64,000 nucleotides of DNA from Antedon mediterranea (taxonomy: Eukaryota > Animalia > Echinodermata), in NCBI RefSeq assembly GCF_964355755.1, contig NC_092673.1, positions 23,743,648 through 23,807,647 of the forward strand. The letters run 5' to 3'. Both the position numbers and the translations under genes were made by a program. Positions 12,893 through 27,400 of this stretch are shown here, piece by piece. The notes beneath the pieces are model-generated. The model saw nothing but the letters and a program-made list of their open reading frames with translations, ran no database searches and had not been told where the DNA came from. Every line of letters starts with the position of its first letter. Position 1 is the stretch's first letter.

Positions 12893-13800
12893 CTAGCAAT
12901 TATACCCGCCCCAGGGCGGGTTTCAAAATTAGTTTAAAGGCTTCTCAGTACATAACACCCGACGCCAGTATCTGTCTATACTCACCAACTACCGCCCCTC
13001 TTCAATAAACACCCCATACTCTTTCTTAAAAACAAATTCTTCCCAGTGATGGACACATTCAATTCAACCTAAGCTTCAAATTGAGAGGAGTATACATAGC
13101 TATGATGGGTCTAATGATGTTATTGTTACTCCCAACCCATAATGGTGATGTAGTTGAACACAGTAACAGTAAACAACGTGTGTATGTTCACACAGGAATG
13201 GATGTCTGTAATGAGACAATCCAGGAGGCCAATACATAGCTGGATATGGTTAAAGTACTTTGCTAAATGTTTAATTGAATAGGTGCCATATTGGTTAATG
13301 AATAAAATATGTATATCTATATCTATATTTCCCCAAACACCTTGCTTAGGATAATTCAAATACTGTAAAACTTTTGTAGTATAATTTTACAATTCGATAG
13401 CCTACAACCCCGAGCCCTAGCAAAAATGACATCACAAACCACCACACCAACCCCCCGCCACCCCTCCCACAAAAACCCCAGGAGTCGGGGGAATTTTTTA
13501 AAATGTAGTTTAAAACCTTCCGGGTACAATTGCCATCATTTTGATACCCCATACGTATGGTTACGTGCAGAAACAGAAATTTGTATAACGAACAAACATC
13601 GAAAGTGGGGGTTTTGACCACATTTTGGTCCCTAACTTGGATCCTTGGTGGCGGATGATGTTGAAATATAGCTTAGAACATTTCCGGTACAATTGCGGTA
13701 ATTTTGATACCCCATATGTAAGATTATGTGCAGTAACAAAAATTTGTATAACGAACAAACAAACAAACAGACAGACAAACTCTCTCACTTATAATATAGA
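12893..13800 (-). mobile_element. Non-autonomous Helitron (Lep1-like architecture)
   Basis: Minus strand begins A^TCTATATTATAAG followed by a (GTCT/GTTT)n microsatellite. It ends with hairpin CCCGCCCTGGGGCGGG then CTAG^T. Internal ~170 bp duplication. Confidence 0.8.
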
Positions 13801-16800
13801 TTATTATTTATTTTTTACGCTGCTGCTCTAGCCAGCTTCATTCATAAGCTAAAGCAAGCAGCAGTATAGTATGTAAGGCCGACAGATTTGCGACTTTGTA
13901 AACTCGACTATAATTTATAGATTCCAGCTGCTGGACCCAAAAAACGTCTTGGAAAAGAGAGTCTATGAGGGCTCACGGTTGAACGATTTTGGATTCTAGC
14001 CCTTTGATTGGTTGACGCGAATCAACAGCAGACTTTTTGTAAAGTCACGTTGTCTCTTAGAGGGTATTCAGTCAGGTTACACACACACAGCACATTAAAG
14101 TTCAAAATTGACCATTTTTTAAATGGGCATGTGAATCATAATTAAAGAACTATCTTTGATTTGTATGTATTTTTGTGATTAAAGGACATCTTTTTAATAA
14201 TTACGGTAATAATAAATATATCTGAAGAAAGAACAATGATTCATTTTAAAATGTCGAGCAGCGTTTTTTGTAAGAAATATTTAATCTGGTTGCAATTCCC
14301 ATTTCCAAATGGGTCATAATATCCCATTTCTCATGACAAAAAGAGCAACCAGAAAATGACATTTTATTTTGATCTTTTTAGACTTTACTTTGTGGGCAAA
14401 GGTAAATCTGTCCATAAAATGTCAATTTCTGAAAAAAAATTGGTTAATATCTTGTAGACACTCAGACAAACATGACAAAGGAAATATAAATTGACATAAT
14501 GACTATAATTGATAGGAATAATTTGTGGCTTGTATAAACCAAACTGTCAAAAGTGATTTGATTTAAAAAGTAAAATGACATAAGATATGATATAATACCA
14601 TGATGTAAATTACAATCTAAATTTCTCCCAACATTAACAAATCTCAACTGACTTGTTGTTAACCCAGATTATGAACACTTAATGATGGATTATATTCTAT
14701 TTCAACTACTGTATATAATATATACTGTAGAACGTGTATTAGTTTTTGTAATTTTCACAATCATAAACTGAGTTTGAATTATTATTTTTATTACTACTGG
14801 GTACTACTAAAGTACAATTGAATTTTTATTGGAAATTCCGCTATTTTATTAAAATGTTTTATGAAAATTAATTTGAACTAATTTGCTGGTAAACAATCTT
14901 TTATTTTTTTAAATTAAGTTATTTACTATTACAAATATAATTATATTCTGAGGTATCAGAATAATAAATTAAACCCATTATATGTTACAGTTTAAACTCT
15001 CTAAAATACAATTGATTGTTCTAATCATAACATTGATTTGTTTAAATAAAGATATTTTATAAAGGAGTTTACAATATTCTTAAGACATACCATTGGTAAA
15101 AACATCTTACTTGCACTAATGTGGCAAGCAAATGCAAGTGCACCCTAAATTAGTTAAAAGTTACCTTCTTTGAAGTTACTCCAGAGTGTTGTACATTAAC
15201 AAATAACTTTCAAACATTCAAAAACATCTATTTATCCTACAACAATCAATATAGTGCCGGTCCATAAAATAATGTTCAGAGGCGCTTGACATTAAGTTAA
15301 ACAGGAACTGTACTATTTTAGGAAATAACATTGCTTGCACTACATTAAATACAATAAGAAAACTTCAGAGCAATGAGCAAAAGTTATACACTGAGTATTA
15401 GACTTTAGAGCTTTATAAGCTTCCTGATAAATCATCAGTATTTATTAAATTTAAAATAACAATTGAACCAAATGTTATATTTATAGTCTCAAAAATCTAA
15501 TGATTTATCATTTGATTTTTGTATATTTTGTAAATAAACTTGTACAATACATGTCACAATTGAACTCCATGCCATTTATTGGTTCTGATTAATATAGGTT
15601 CAGTTATCACTAATGGCGGAATATAATCGCAGTATATTTTATTACTACAATTATTGCATGTTTATAATAGTTACTATGCATACATTTATAAAATCAGTAA
15701 ATGCTGTTAAACACAATTATCAACAAATTATCAGGTATTAACTTACATTAGCTACTCACATTAATTGATTATATTACGTTCTACCGTATTATTTTACATT
15801 CTTAAAAAAAAAAATATTTAACAAGAATAAAAATGTACACATTTTTATTAAAGTTAAAATTGTACAATATCTATTGGACATTCAAGAGTGGTCATGTAAT
15901 ACCTTGTGAACGAGTACAATTCTCGACTGAATCTTAACTTTGAGCTCCGGTCATCAGTCTAACTAATGGCCGACTTATCTTAAACATTAGATGTCAATAG
16001 ATTTTAAGTTTGCCCTGAGCCGACCTAAATTTTGTCCAACTTTCAAGTCATCTCAAGTTCTGTAACATACAATTTTGGCCATTTCCAGTCTGAAAGCTGC
16101 TTTTTCATTTATACCTTTCTTTGTATGGAGAGCCGTCCCCAACATAAATACCATTACCCTTTATCTTTTTGTATTCAATTTCTATTTACCTGTATGCCTC
16201 TCTGTGATGCATTTCAAAACACAACCTTTTCTCTTTTCACTAAATAAATATGGGCTTTAATCCTGTGTTTTATTTAATGGAATATTGTTTCATTCCCTTT
16301 GAAACTACTTATCAACTGAACTCGCATGTCTAGACAATTAAACTATATTAGACAGCAGTTATCAAATCCCATTAAATGTAATGGTAAAAGGAAATAACTT
16401 TGATGCATGCATCATTTAAAACTTTCTTTGGTCTTGAAAAAAAATGTCTTTGTTCAATCAGATGTGTCAAAACCAACAATTATGTGTGGCAGTCTCATTT
16501 GTGGAATTTAACAGAATACACAACGTACAAAATGTATGGTTTAATAATACGCTGGAGCAACATCAGATACCACTCATTTTGCATTGATTTAACTGTAATC
16601 TCCTAAAATATATTATCGACCATAGCCATGCAGAATTGCAAATATACTGCATGCAATACAAATTGGTAGACCAAATCTAATGATTTTCCAATTTTAGTGA
16701 TTTTATTTGCATCAATAGGCCACAAAACATCTCAATTTTGAAAATCTTTAGTGTTTTTAGGCCTGACAAATGTGTTGGTAAAGCCTTAGCCGACCTAATT

Positions 16801-18307
16801 TTTTTCTTGATTAGGGTCACTTTTTTTGCATTGAGCATTACATTTTTCAGTTAAAATTGCATGAATATTGTAGAATTTCTACACCACTCTTTAAATTTGA
16901 TTTTGGCCAAGTATTTAGTACATAATTATGACAGATATTATTTAGATAATTGAGTTTATGTTTATTAAGAGGCGTTATAAACCAAATTATGATGGTTTTG
17001 TAATCCTCTAGTCAACCTCGTAAACATTTATTATTTGTATGCTTTTTGTGGCCACCTGTGTTGTATGCCCCATCAATGTAACGAATGATTAAACAATGCA
17101 GTGCATAGCATTGAAAGTCATGCTTCAAATATGAATCATGTTGAATGTACATGTTTAATATGATTGATATTAAAGTAGTAACTCTGATGAAAGAACAATG
17201 GTGGCATTTCTTTTTAACTCGTTACTTAATTTCATTTTTTTTGCTTATATTATTGATGAAACAATAGTGTTTCCTGAAAGCTGGGAACATATTTCTGGCT
17301 CTTTACTTTATTGTTTTGGATTTAACTTTTTGCTTATTTTATTTTTCTCACCATTGGAGAATCTGATACCATCAGTATGGTGAATGAAAAATATGGTAAT
17401 TAAATACAAAAGATAAATCTGCCCAGTATACACCATTCTGTTCATTACCAGATTAACCCCCAGCACCCCAAAAAACACAGTTTTGTTTGGCCACTGAACT
17501 CAATGTGGTAGATTTATATCCCACGTACAGTTAAAATAATATAAATGTGTTTATATTTTTATTTATTTATTTAATTTATTTATTTTATTCAAACTCATTC
17601 AACAATAGTACAATATAATAGTTACCAGGAACACAGCACTGTATTTGGTCGTTCTCCCTACAGTTTTGTCACTCTTGGAGAGAAAAAACACACATTTAAA
17701 GTATCTTGCACATTCAATTAATTACTGCATTATGTTATTTAAATTTATTCAAGGTAGACAATAAAGCATTAGTATAAAATCAAAACATGCTAATATTAAT
17801 TATTATTTTAGACATTGACAGGTGCAGTTTATATTCTCTATACTATAAAATTACAATATTCTGTCTAAAAAACAAAAAAATATTCAATCATTATTCCGCT
17901 ATAATGCTGATCAATTATGACACTAATAAAACATGACTTTGAATGGCCTGGTGAGAAACAAATATTGCCATAATATACATTTGAGTATATATATAATTGA
18001 CAATTATAAAGTTTTAACAGATTTCAACAAGGACAATGTTCGTATAAATGTTTCATTTTGACTTAAGCAATTAAAGGTAATGATTCTTATATTGGATGTT
18101 GACTAGTAGATTTATTTATATAATCGAAAACAAATTATTGGAAGGTGTCACAAACTCTGATTCCTTGTAGCAAAAGTATAAACACAAAATCTACAGAGTT
18201 TTAAAACAACTCAAAACAAAGTTTTAATTTCAATCAAATTCAACTTGTCTCTGAAAACAATCTAATATTCAAAATAAGAAAATAAATGTTCTTCATGATG
18301 ACTTTGC

Positions 18308-18423
18308 TTTTCTTCCTTATATCTTTTCTTCCTTATATCTTTTCTTCCTTATATCTTTTCTTCCTTATATCTTTTCTTCCTTATATCTTTTCTTCCTTAT
18401 ATCTTTTCTTCCTTATATCTTTA
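18308..18423. repeat. Pyrimidine-rich minisatellite, unit about TTTTCTTCCTTATATC (15-18 bp)
   Basis: About 7 tandem copies directly visible. Confidence 0.9.
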
Positions 18424-19124
18424 CACTTGTTCAAAGTTTTACTAACAAATTTTATTCTATTTATATTTTTGCTTTATTTAAAACTAACGATCAACGTACA
18501 TTTCTAGCCTAACAAATTTTCTATTATTTAAAAGTCGAAGATTATTAATAATAATAATAATATGTACTGCTTTTCCAATAGTGTACATGTTGGGTCAATA
18601 AGTGGCCAAGTGGTTACCAGAATCCATAGCCATACGTCAGCAAGGGTTTAATGGTCACTCGCTCATGTTTTATGATAAAGACTGTAAATTGTTGCAGTGT
18701 CCACAAAATGATTGTTTCCCAAAAGAACCTAATACATCTTTTAATACAAGTAGGGCGTTACCCTGATGTACTATTTCTGTCGTGGACAGACGAGAGAGCA
18801 CACTGACATGACGTGATCCTTAGGAGAGAAGCTGTGGTAGTTGAAGAGTGTAACATTTGAGTCCATAGAAAAACCATGAGAAAAGATTTCTTTGTTGGAA
18901 GGGCAGTATACCCTTCTTCTATAAGTTCTATATATGACTGAGTTAATCCCACCTCCTTCTGCCCATTTCCTACCTAATTCCATACCCACCTAATTACCCA
19001 GATACCCCATGACTATACTAGGAAAAATTGAAACTTATGGCTTTACTTGTGCCACTGATATTTAGTTTTTTAGGGCATTGATCCAATCATTTTTTTGCAT
19101 TAAAAAATGTAAAATTTGTTTCAG

Positions 19125-19341
19125 ATTAAGAAAATCAACATGGATAAAATTACAAGAATTGAAAAATGGACAGTTAAGTCAGGTGATGGAAGCTGTACTC
19201 TCACATGATCCAATCAGCCCTGTTCTGTCTGATCTTCATCTTCAAGCAATGGACCGCAGACTTCAAAGCATTCTGGAAGTAGTTGGCGATTGTTTTCAGA
19301 AGGAAGGAATGGATAATGTTCTGGTAGCAACACCAAAATAA
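19125..19341 (+). CDS. FAM20B: FAM20B-like glycosaminoglycan xylosylkinase, last coding exon
   Basis: Acceptor TTTGTTTCAG at 19124. LRKSTWIKLQELKNGQLSQVMEAVLSHDPISPVLSDLHLQAMDRRLQSILEVVGDC..GMDNVLV* matches the FAM20B C-terminus (STW.RL..LKNG.L...HDPISPVLSD.HL.A.D.RL). An AT-rich 3' UTR-like tract follows. Confidence 0.92.
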
Positions 19342-20625
19342 AAAGGTTTTCATAACAAATTTAAGAAGTTTGTTAATCATCAAGAAACAAGAGAATATAA
19401 AAGAACGAAATGTAAAAGTATTTATTGTTGAAAAATTGAACTAAGGTCTGATTTAATTTATTAAAAAATCAAAATAAAAGTAGGAATTTAATGATTGTGG
19501 ATTTAACTTTGTAGTTTATCAAATTTATTTTATTAATCGTTTTAAAATTGGAAACAAAAATTGGAATACAAGTCAGGATTTTCAATATTATGAAAATTCC
19601 AAATTCAAAAAAACAAAAGACAAAGGGAATGTATATTTATTGTTACTATATCAAATTTAATATTTTAAAGTTTGGAAACATTATTATTAAATTGTGTAAG
19701 AATTTTTTTTTATAATTTTGTTATATTATATAATTCATTAAACAATTAGAAATAAAATATAATTTAGCTATGGTGTATGTCTGCAGTAAGATAACCAATC
19801 AAATTACGTTCAGATGTATACTTTTTTTATATATTTATGTATTTTTGTATATTTCTGGGAAAATGTTGATTGACTATAGCCATATTCCACACATAAAATA
19901 GCATACAAAACTATGTCTTAATTCTAATTGATTAATCAGCTATGCCTATTAAATAATGTCGAGTTTTAACTTTCAAAAAATCATATTACAGTAAAACCTG
20001 TCTGTATAAGTCGACACTTTCAGTAAAGTTCCCCTTTAATACAAGAGTGAATAAGGATTGACCATTGTTTTAAAGCATTTTATTTCCTCCTGTATTTATT
20101 TTATGGGAAAGTGTCCCCATAATTAACAGTGTCTCCTGAATAGGGGTGCTCCAAATGAGAAGTTCTATAACTGCCTGTTTTCATCTATTCATTTTAGAAT
20201 TTGTTTTATAATTGTTAATACTCATAAATGTGCTATTATTTTTGTTTGGAACCAATTATTTTGGAAATACTGTTTTGTACAGAAAAAGTTATACATAATT
20301 ATTTTATATAGGATCACTGTCTATAAATGTAAAGATATTTATTTAAGACGAACAATAGATAAACATGTAAACAACATTATTGTATTGTAAAGAAAAATAT
20401 ACTGCAAATATACAATCTATTCTATTTCAACTTTTGCGACTACATTGATATTAACCCTATTTGTTTTTAGAATCAGTGTTGATGCGAGATGTATGTTGAT
20501 AACATTCGCTAACAGTAGAAACAGGCCTATACAGTCATCAACAAGCTTTTTAAAATGTTCTGTAATAGGGATCTTTTGATTTGAGATGGCCATCAACTTG
20601 AACATGCCAAATTACTCATGTCTAA

Positions 20626-21323
20626 GTTGACGAGTAACATGACATGTTTAGGTTCATGTCATGTAATGTAATGTAACCAGTCAACCTAAACATTTCATGT
20701 TACTTGTCAACCTAAACATGTCATGTTACTAGTCAACCTAAACATGTCATGTTACTCGTCAACCCTAAACATGTCATGTTACTCGTCAACCTAAACATGT
20801 CATGTTACTAGTCAACCTAAACATGTCATGTTACTAGTCAACCTAAACATGTCATGTTACTAGTCAACCTAAACATGTCATGTTACTAGTCAACCTGAAC
20901 ATTTCATGTTACTTGTCAACCTAAACATGTCATGTTACACGTCAACCTAAACATGTCATGTTACACATCAACCTAAACATGTCATGTTAGTCAACCTAAA
21001 CATTTCATGTTACTCGTCAACCTAAACATGTCATGTTACTAGTCAACCTAAACACGTCATGTTACTAGTCAACCTAAACACGTCATGTTACTAGTCAACC
21101 TAAACACGTCATGTTACTAGTCAACCTAAACATGTCATGTTACTAGTCAACCTAAACATGTCATGTTACTAGTCAACCTAAACATGTCATGTTACTAGTC
21201 AACCTGAACATTTCATGTTACTTGTCAACCTAAACATTTCATGTTACTTGTCAACCTAAACATGTCATGTTACACGTCAACCTAAACATGTCATGTTAGT
21301 CAACCTAAACATTTCATGTTACT
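20626..21323. repeat. 26-bp minisatellite GTCAACCTAAACATGTCATGTTACTA, ~25 copies, plus one inverted copy at its left edge
   Basis: Tandem array at 20680-21323 and inverted unit GTTGACGAGTAACATGACATGTTTAGGTT at 20626-20654. Confidence 0.95.
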
Positions 21324-22084
21324 CCAACTTGTGCACAATACCTTGACACAGTTTACATATCATCGAATCGATTCCTGATGCAACAATTCCTGCCATTTCT
21401 ACCGCAACTACTTTCTTTTGTAGTAGTCTATGCTGATTGGTTTCTGACGAATTTCAATCAATTAACTGAAGATTAGAAAAATGAGGCCAAGTGCTAGTTG
21501 ACCGTACGATGATATCGGATTATTTTCAAAAGCGTGTCAACTATATAAATTGAAAATACTAATACAATTATTCCTATTCTATTTTTCATTTATTTTATTA
21601 TACATCAATAATGTAAATAGGCGATGAAATGTCTTTCTATATTCTTACTGTAATTAATCTTGTCATTACTGACTTGTATTAACTTTAAATTGCTTATTCT
21701 GAACATGAACAAATATGTATTTAATTAAATCACATTATGAATGTATTATCATATATAAACACGGTTTCCATACCTTGTTTATAGGCCATAAAGTTGAATT
21801 CCATCGTAAGGGTTTGTGTTTTAGAAAGGGTATTTTGGTTTGTAAAGCACACTTTATTGTAATTATATTTATAAGGCAGTAACATTTTTTTAGAACTTTA
21901 TTTTGTATATCTGTGTTGTATTTTTAAAATAAAATTGTTATGGTGCTATTTTTAGGTTTTATTTATAACTAAAATACATAAGTACATGTTTATGCTATTG
22001 TTTCTAAGAAATAAAGAAAGATTATACAGTACATTTAAAATTTAAATTTAAAATAGTTACTCTCAATATAGCTGGAAATAACTG

Positions 22085-22800
22085 CAACTTACTACGCTTG
22101 CTGCAGCTGTACAACTACTAAGTTTACTGTAGCTGCACAACGGCTACGCTTTCTATAGCTGCACAACTGCTACGCTTTCTATAGCTGCACAATGTTTATG
22201 CTTGCTGCTGTACCATTTGCTTTACTTTCTATAGCTGTACAGTTGCTACACTTACCTACGGTTTATTTGCTATAGCTACATTTGCTATACTTCATACTGT
22301 ATGCTAAACAATTTCAACAACAACAACAATTTCTATGCTTACTACAGCGCTGTACAACTGCTTTCTGTAGCTGCACAACAAAGCTGCTGCACTTACTATA
22401 GCTGTGACAATTGCTTTGCTTGCTATAGCTGCACAATTGCTACATTTGCTATAACTGTACAACTGCTTCTTTTGCTATAGCTGTACAATTGCGGCGCTCG
22501 CAATAGCTGCACAACTGCTTTTGCTATAGCTGTACAATTGCGGCGCTCGTTATAGCTGCACAACTGCTTTTGCTATAGCTGTACAATTGCTACGCTTGCT
22601 ATCTGCATAATTGCTAAGTTTTCTATAGCTGTACAACTGCTATGATTACTATTGCTACACAATTTCTAAGCTTGCCGAACAGCTTATTTTGCCAACAGGT
22701 ACTATTGCTATAGCTGTACAATAGCTTCAGTTACTAGCTGTACAATTGCTGCAGAATTTCTATACAATTGCTATAGCTGCACAACTGCTATAGCTGCACA
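22085..22800. repeat. Degenerate minisatellite built on GCTATAGCTG(C/T)ACAA(C/T)TGCT
   Basis: Motif recurs throughout with variable spacing. Confidence 0.85.
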
Positions 22801-22899
22801 ATTTTTTTTAAATGGCCAAATGACTTTCTAAAAATCAATTATGGGATACCATTGTTATATAATAAAATGTACAGATTCGTTTGATTGGATTGTGGGTCA

Positions 22900-23115
22900 C
22901 ATGATCCCTGGATAGAGACTCTTTGTGACCTCTGGATAAGGATGCTTTGTGACCCCTGGATCAGGACTCTTTGTGACCCCTGGATAGGGACTATTTGTGA
23001 CCCCTGGATAGAGACTCTTTGTGAGCCCTGGATAGAGACTCTTTGTGACCTCTGGATATGGACGCTTTGTGACCCCTGGATCAGGACTTTTTTGGCCCCT
23101 GGATCGGGACTCTTT
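22900..23115. repeat. 24-bp minisatellite, consensus about GACTCTTTGTGACCCCTGGATAGG, ~9 copies
   Basis: Direct tandem repeat that generates the LCDPWIxT ORF 22885-23127. Confidence 0.9.
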
Positions 23116-23838
23116 ATTTATTTTTAATAATAAATGATTTTATGCCTCAGAGTTTATTAGCTTGTTAATTGCTAAAATAATCTATAGATCACCGGATTAA
23201 ATGAACTAAATTCCCATGATACTACATTAAAAGCCGAGGTAATCAATGCTAACTTCTATGTCAATGTAGAAAGTTATAATAATTATAATTATATATCACA
23301 GCAGACAAAAAACTTACTGATGATCGATTCTTTTCCAACTATGGTTCAAGCGAGCACAGAGCACATGATCATAATGTCATATTTTATCTATAAAGTTATC
23401 CTATAATGGGCTCAGTAGATTAAGAGATTTCAGAGAAAATCTGTCATTAACCCAAATAAAAACAAGTCAGCTATCAATGAAAAAGTCCTACTGGTACAAC
23501 AATGCAAAAACTTTTTGTCTAGCCTATTGGGCTGATACAGAGAGAATCAGAAACTGGAGAGTGAGAAGGAATGCTTTTTTTGTGCTGTAGGTTTTCCATA
23601 TTCCATATCATGCTATATATAGTTTTATCTGCCACTACATTCACTAAGACTAAAATTGTACTAACAGCATGACAATGTACAGCTCAAGTTGTCTCTAAAC
23701 ATTACTATACTACAACAATCTCACTATGATGAACCCCTCTCTTTGTAGTAGTAGTGTGGGTATGGGTTTCTATCAAAGGAACAGAAATTTAAAAAAAAAT
23801 GCACAAACACATGGTTAATTTAGTTTTAATGCAAAATA

Positions 23839-23958
23839 CCGTAAATCTTCGAATAGTAACCCACACTCTATAGTAACCCCCTTCCCCCTTCTAATAGTAA
23901 CCCACCCTAAAAACAATCAAAGGATAATAACCAAGGATTACAATTAAAAGATTTACGG
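23839..23958. mobile_element. Tc1/mariner-type MITE
   Basis: TA|CCGTAAATCTT ... AAGATTTACGG|TA, with internal ATAGTAACCC repeats. Confidence 0.7.
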
Positions 23959-24344
23959 TACAATATTTATCAATCCTATGATACTATAAGCAAGCTTTCC
24001 CGTCTGCATTAATTAGGGCTTCGGACCTTCAGGAGTGATTTAACTACACCTGGCTGCATTAAAAAGACGATGGACGAATGATTTCCCTACTTGCTTTTCT
24101 ATTGGTGTTCAAGACCTGAAAAAATAAACAACATAAATAACAAATAAATAAGATATGCAGATGTCCTAACCATTAGACCACTGGGGCTTTCATAGTTTTT
24201 AATATATCAATTTTGGCTTGGTTACACATTTGTAAATGTGGCGAAAGGTCAAAAGGTCAGGGTGAAAGGTTATAATACCAAACACCAACATGTCCTTAAA
24301 TCTCGACAACTAATGGTCACAGCAAGGTAAAGTTGAAAGAGATC

Positions 24345-24430
24345 GAATATATTGTCCGTAAGTACTTTATGAACTTTAAGACATCGAAAGCATCTGGTCC
24401 AGATATGATACTGCCTAGGGTACTGAAGGT
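24345..24430 (+). pseudogene. Small LINE (CR1/L2-type) ORF2 fragment
   Basis: KTSKASGPDMILPRVLK matches the KA.GPD.I.PR.LK motif that precedes LINE RT. Confidence 0.6.
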
Positions 24431-27400
24431 CTGTGGTCCTATCCTGGTGGGGTCAGCCATGCATTTCAACCAGCTGATTTACATGCAAATGAGCAAACTG
24501 GACAGGGTATTCAAGCGTGAGTCACAACACACCTCCCCATTCTAAAAGGGAAGCATTCCACCTTTCTCGCACTAGCTTGAATACACCGGGGAAACTCCCT
24601 GAAATGTGGGTACTGTACGTCCTCTTCTACATCATCATGGTAAGTGTAAAGCTCAGGAGGCATACTGATGTACAGATATCAGCTCCTGCATCACTATACT
24701 TACCATCTGCAGCAACTTCCAAGATCAACCTGAGTTCAACAAATTTACATACTTACCTTGTGTTCAGAGGGTACTTCAGTTACCATTCTAACCTGGGGTT
24801 GGTCTGTCGATACTGTAGTAACCTCCACTGTAGTCAATCCCACATCTTTCGCAGCCTGTTTACAACTAGTCCGATCAGATCCAATTGTGACCGAAGTCAC
24901 TGGAGTGTTACAGACTCCAATACTGGCAGATCGGATATCAGCAACAGGAAGAGCGGATATCACAGTTTGTCTCTCTTTCGGAACGATGGGTAATTTTCGT
25001 CGAGGTAGTTCAGACTTATCTACCAGATTGGTAGGTAGTTGCGGCCATCGTCTGTGTCGTTCTGAGTTCGTGGACTCCATGTTGGTTCCGGAATGGTGGG
25101 TAGTTGCCGTCGTCTACGTGATTCTCTGGTACCATCAGTTTTAGTTTGTCCTGGCTTCTCCCCTGGATTAACCACTGGGAAATCAGGCACTAACACTGGT
25201 ACAAGAGCAGTGTGTACTATGTGTCCTTTCCTGACCCACAATGCTAGCCGACCATGAGTCAACCGCTGAGAAATCCAGATTAGCACTGGCAGATTTTGAC
25301 ACCGATTCTTGTCTTCTTTTCTTTCTTGATTCACTTGTTGGTGTGTTAGGGTTAGGCATTTCACCAGTTGGTAAAATGCACTCTTGTTTTGTGGTCTCTA
25401 GTTGTTCCATGGTAATACATGGGTCTGCTACAGGAAGCATGTCCGATGTTGGTGAAGAGTAAGATGCCAAAAGTTGGAGTTCATCGGATATGCCAGGAAG
25501 TCTGTTTTTACCTTGCCGCCCTGCAGCCTTCATCGTGGAAAGAAATTTCCCATTGGGCACGTCCTCTTCTCCAATTGATGACTCCGCTTTCGGCCTACTC
25601 CAGATTTCAGAAGCTTGATAATGGTTCTCGGCTTCATCTTCGTGTGAGGAGATGTGATGATGGGTTGAGCTACAGAGAGCTAGTATAAGTCATAGACCTA
25701 GTACGGGACATTAAATCATTTCCGACTTTGCTCCCATGCTCTCTAACCCTTTGCGGCGACAGTCAAACCTCCTATATTTTTCAAGAGCTTCGGTGATAGT
25801 AGCACTTTCCGTTAAACATACTCACCAGCCTCCTTGTCGTGACACCAAGTGCAGAACCATTCCACCTGTAGCTTTTGCCCTCTTTCCTAGTAGATGGACG
25901 AGATCCTGCTCGGTCCAGAAATTTATTGCAACATGAAGCATCCTTTAAAACATACGATACACTTAAAAGTATAAAAGTATTGCCAGAGGTCAAAGACTTT
26001 CATTAAAATGTGTCTAAAGGTATGTTGTGCCACTAGTAATTATCCGGTTTAAGATGAATACTGTGTATAAACTAGGAATGTAAAATGTCAAAATACCAAT
26101 GCCTGGAATATTAAAATGGGCATAAAACTATTAAAACATTTGTGATACATTCACCAATTGCACAGCATTCAAATGATGACGATACTTCAAATCAAATCTT
26201 GGTAATTCTCAACGAACAGACTGGCACAGAATAAAAGTTGTAGTAACACTTTACCATTTTTTATTTAGCATAGAATACAATATGGATTAAAATACTGATA
26301 GACGTAGTAATAAATACAAGCACACCAGTATAATAAAATATCGTCAATGCAATAACACGCACACAAATATTGCAAAATGGCAGCTGGCAATACAAATACA
26401 GTTAAAATATTGCACCAGCAAACCTGCAATAACAACCCATGAAAAATGAGATCGGGATCCCGATCGGGATGCGGTGGAATCCCACCGGGATCGGACGATC
26501 CCACCGGGACGAACTCGGGATTTTTTTTTCGCAATATCGGGATAGACGGGATTTTTTTAAGAATTGCGGGATTTTGTACGCAATATCGGGATCGTGTTTT
26601 TAGACTGCGGGATTTTGTACGCAACAACGGGATTGGCGGGATTTTGTTTATAAAATTACGGGATTTTGTACGCAAGATCGGGATTTTGTACGCAAGATCG
26701 GGATTTTATACGCAACATCGGGATTGGTGGGATGTTGTTTATAAAATTACGGGATTTTGTACGCAAGATCGGGATCGACAGGATTGTGTTTGTAGACACG
26801 GGATTTTGTACGCAACATCAGGATTGGCGGGATTTTGTTTGTAAACGTACGGGATTTTGTACGCAACATCGGGATTTTGTATGCAGTATTTTAATTTCAT
26901 TGGGTAATACAGTAATTTGTAACAGACGGTAAGTAAGACGGTATGGTGTAAAACGTAAACATAGTAAGGTAAGTGTGATGATAATAATACGATAAGAAAT
27001 CAACTCGTTGTTAGTATTACTAAAGATGAGGTGTTAAATAATGATATAATAATGTAATTAACTATATAACGATCAAAGTAGCCGTGGCGGCGCAGCAAAA
27101 GGTGTGGTACATAAAGTAAACTGTCTGGCTGGTACATGTATTTAAAACAAAAATAACTCAATTCAAAGCAAAAACAACATTAACCCTAATCAAATAATAA
27201 CTTACCGTCTGTTACAAATTACTGTCTTTCCAATAGCTTAATACCCTCAACAAGTTAACAAAACTCAACTTGGTCATCCAATATCGTAAAAACAATGAAA
27301 ACCTATTCAATAATATAAAAAACTCCAAAGTGTTGTTTTAACTCGTTATTAAATCATAAACAACAAATCGTAAAAGATGGAACACTGATAATAATGCCGG

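Noticed and set aside
13126-18989. Short AT-rich ORFs in the FAM20B last intron
   Set aside because: Low-complexity F/I/L/Y-rich translations without homology cues, several derived from repeats.
20680-21323. CRISPR-like array of 26-bp repeats
   Set aside because: Units are contiguous with no unique spacers, there are no cas genes, and the context is eukaryotic; it is a minisatellite.
22885-23127. LCDPWIxT repeat protein
   Set aside because: Translation of a 24-bp minisatellite, with a non-ATG start and no convincing splice signals.
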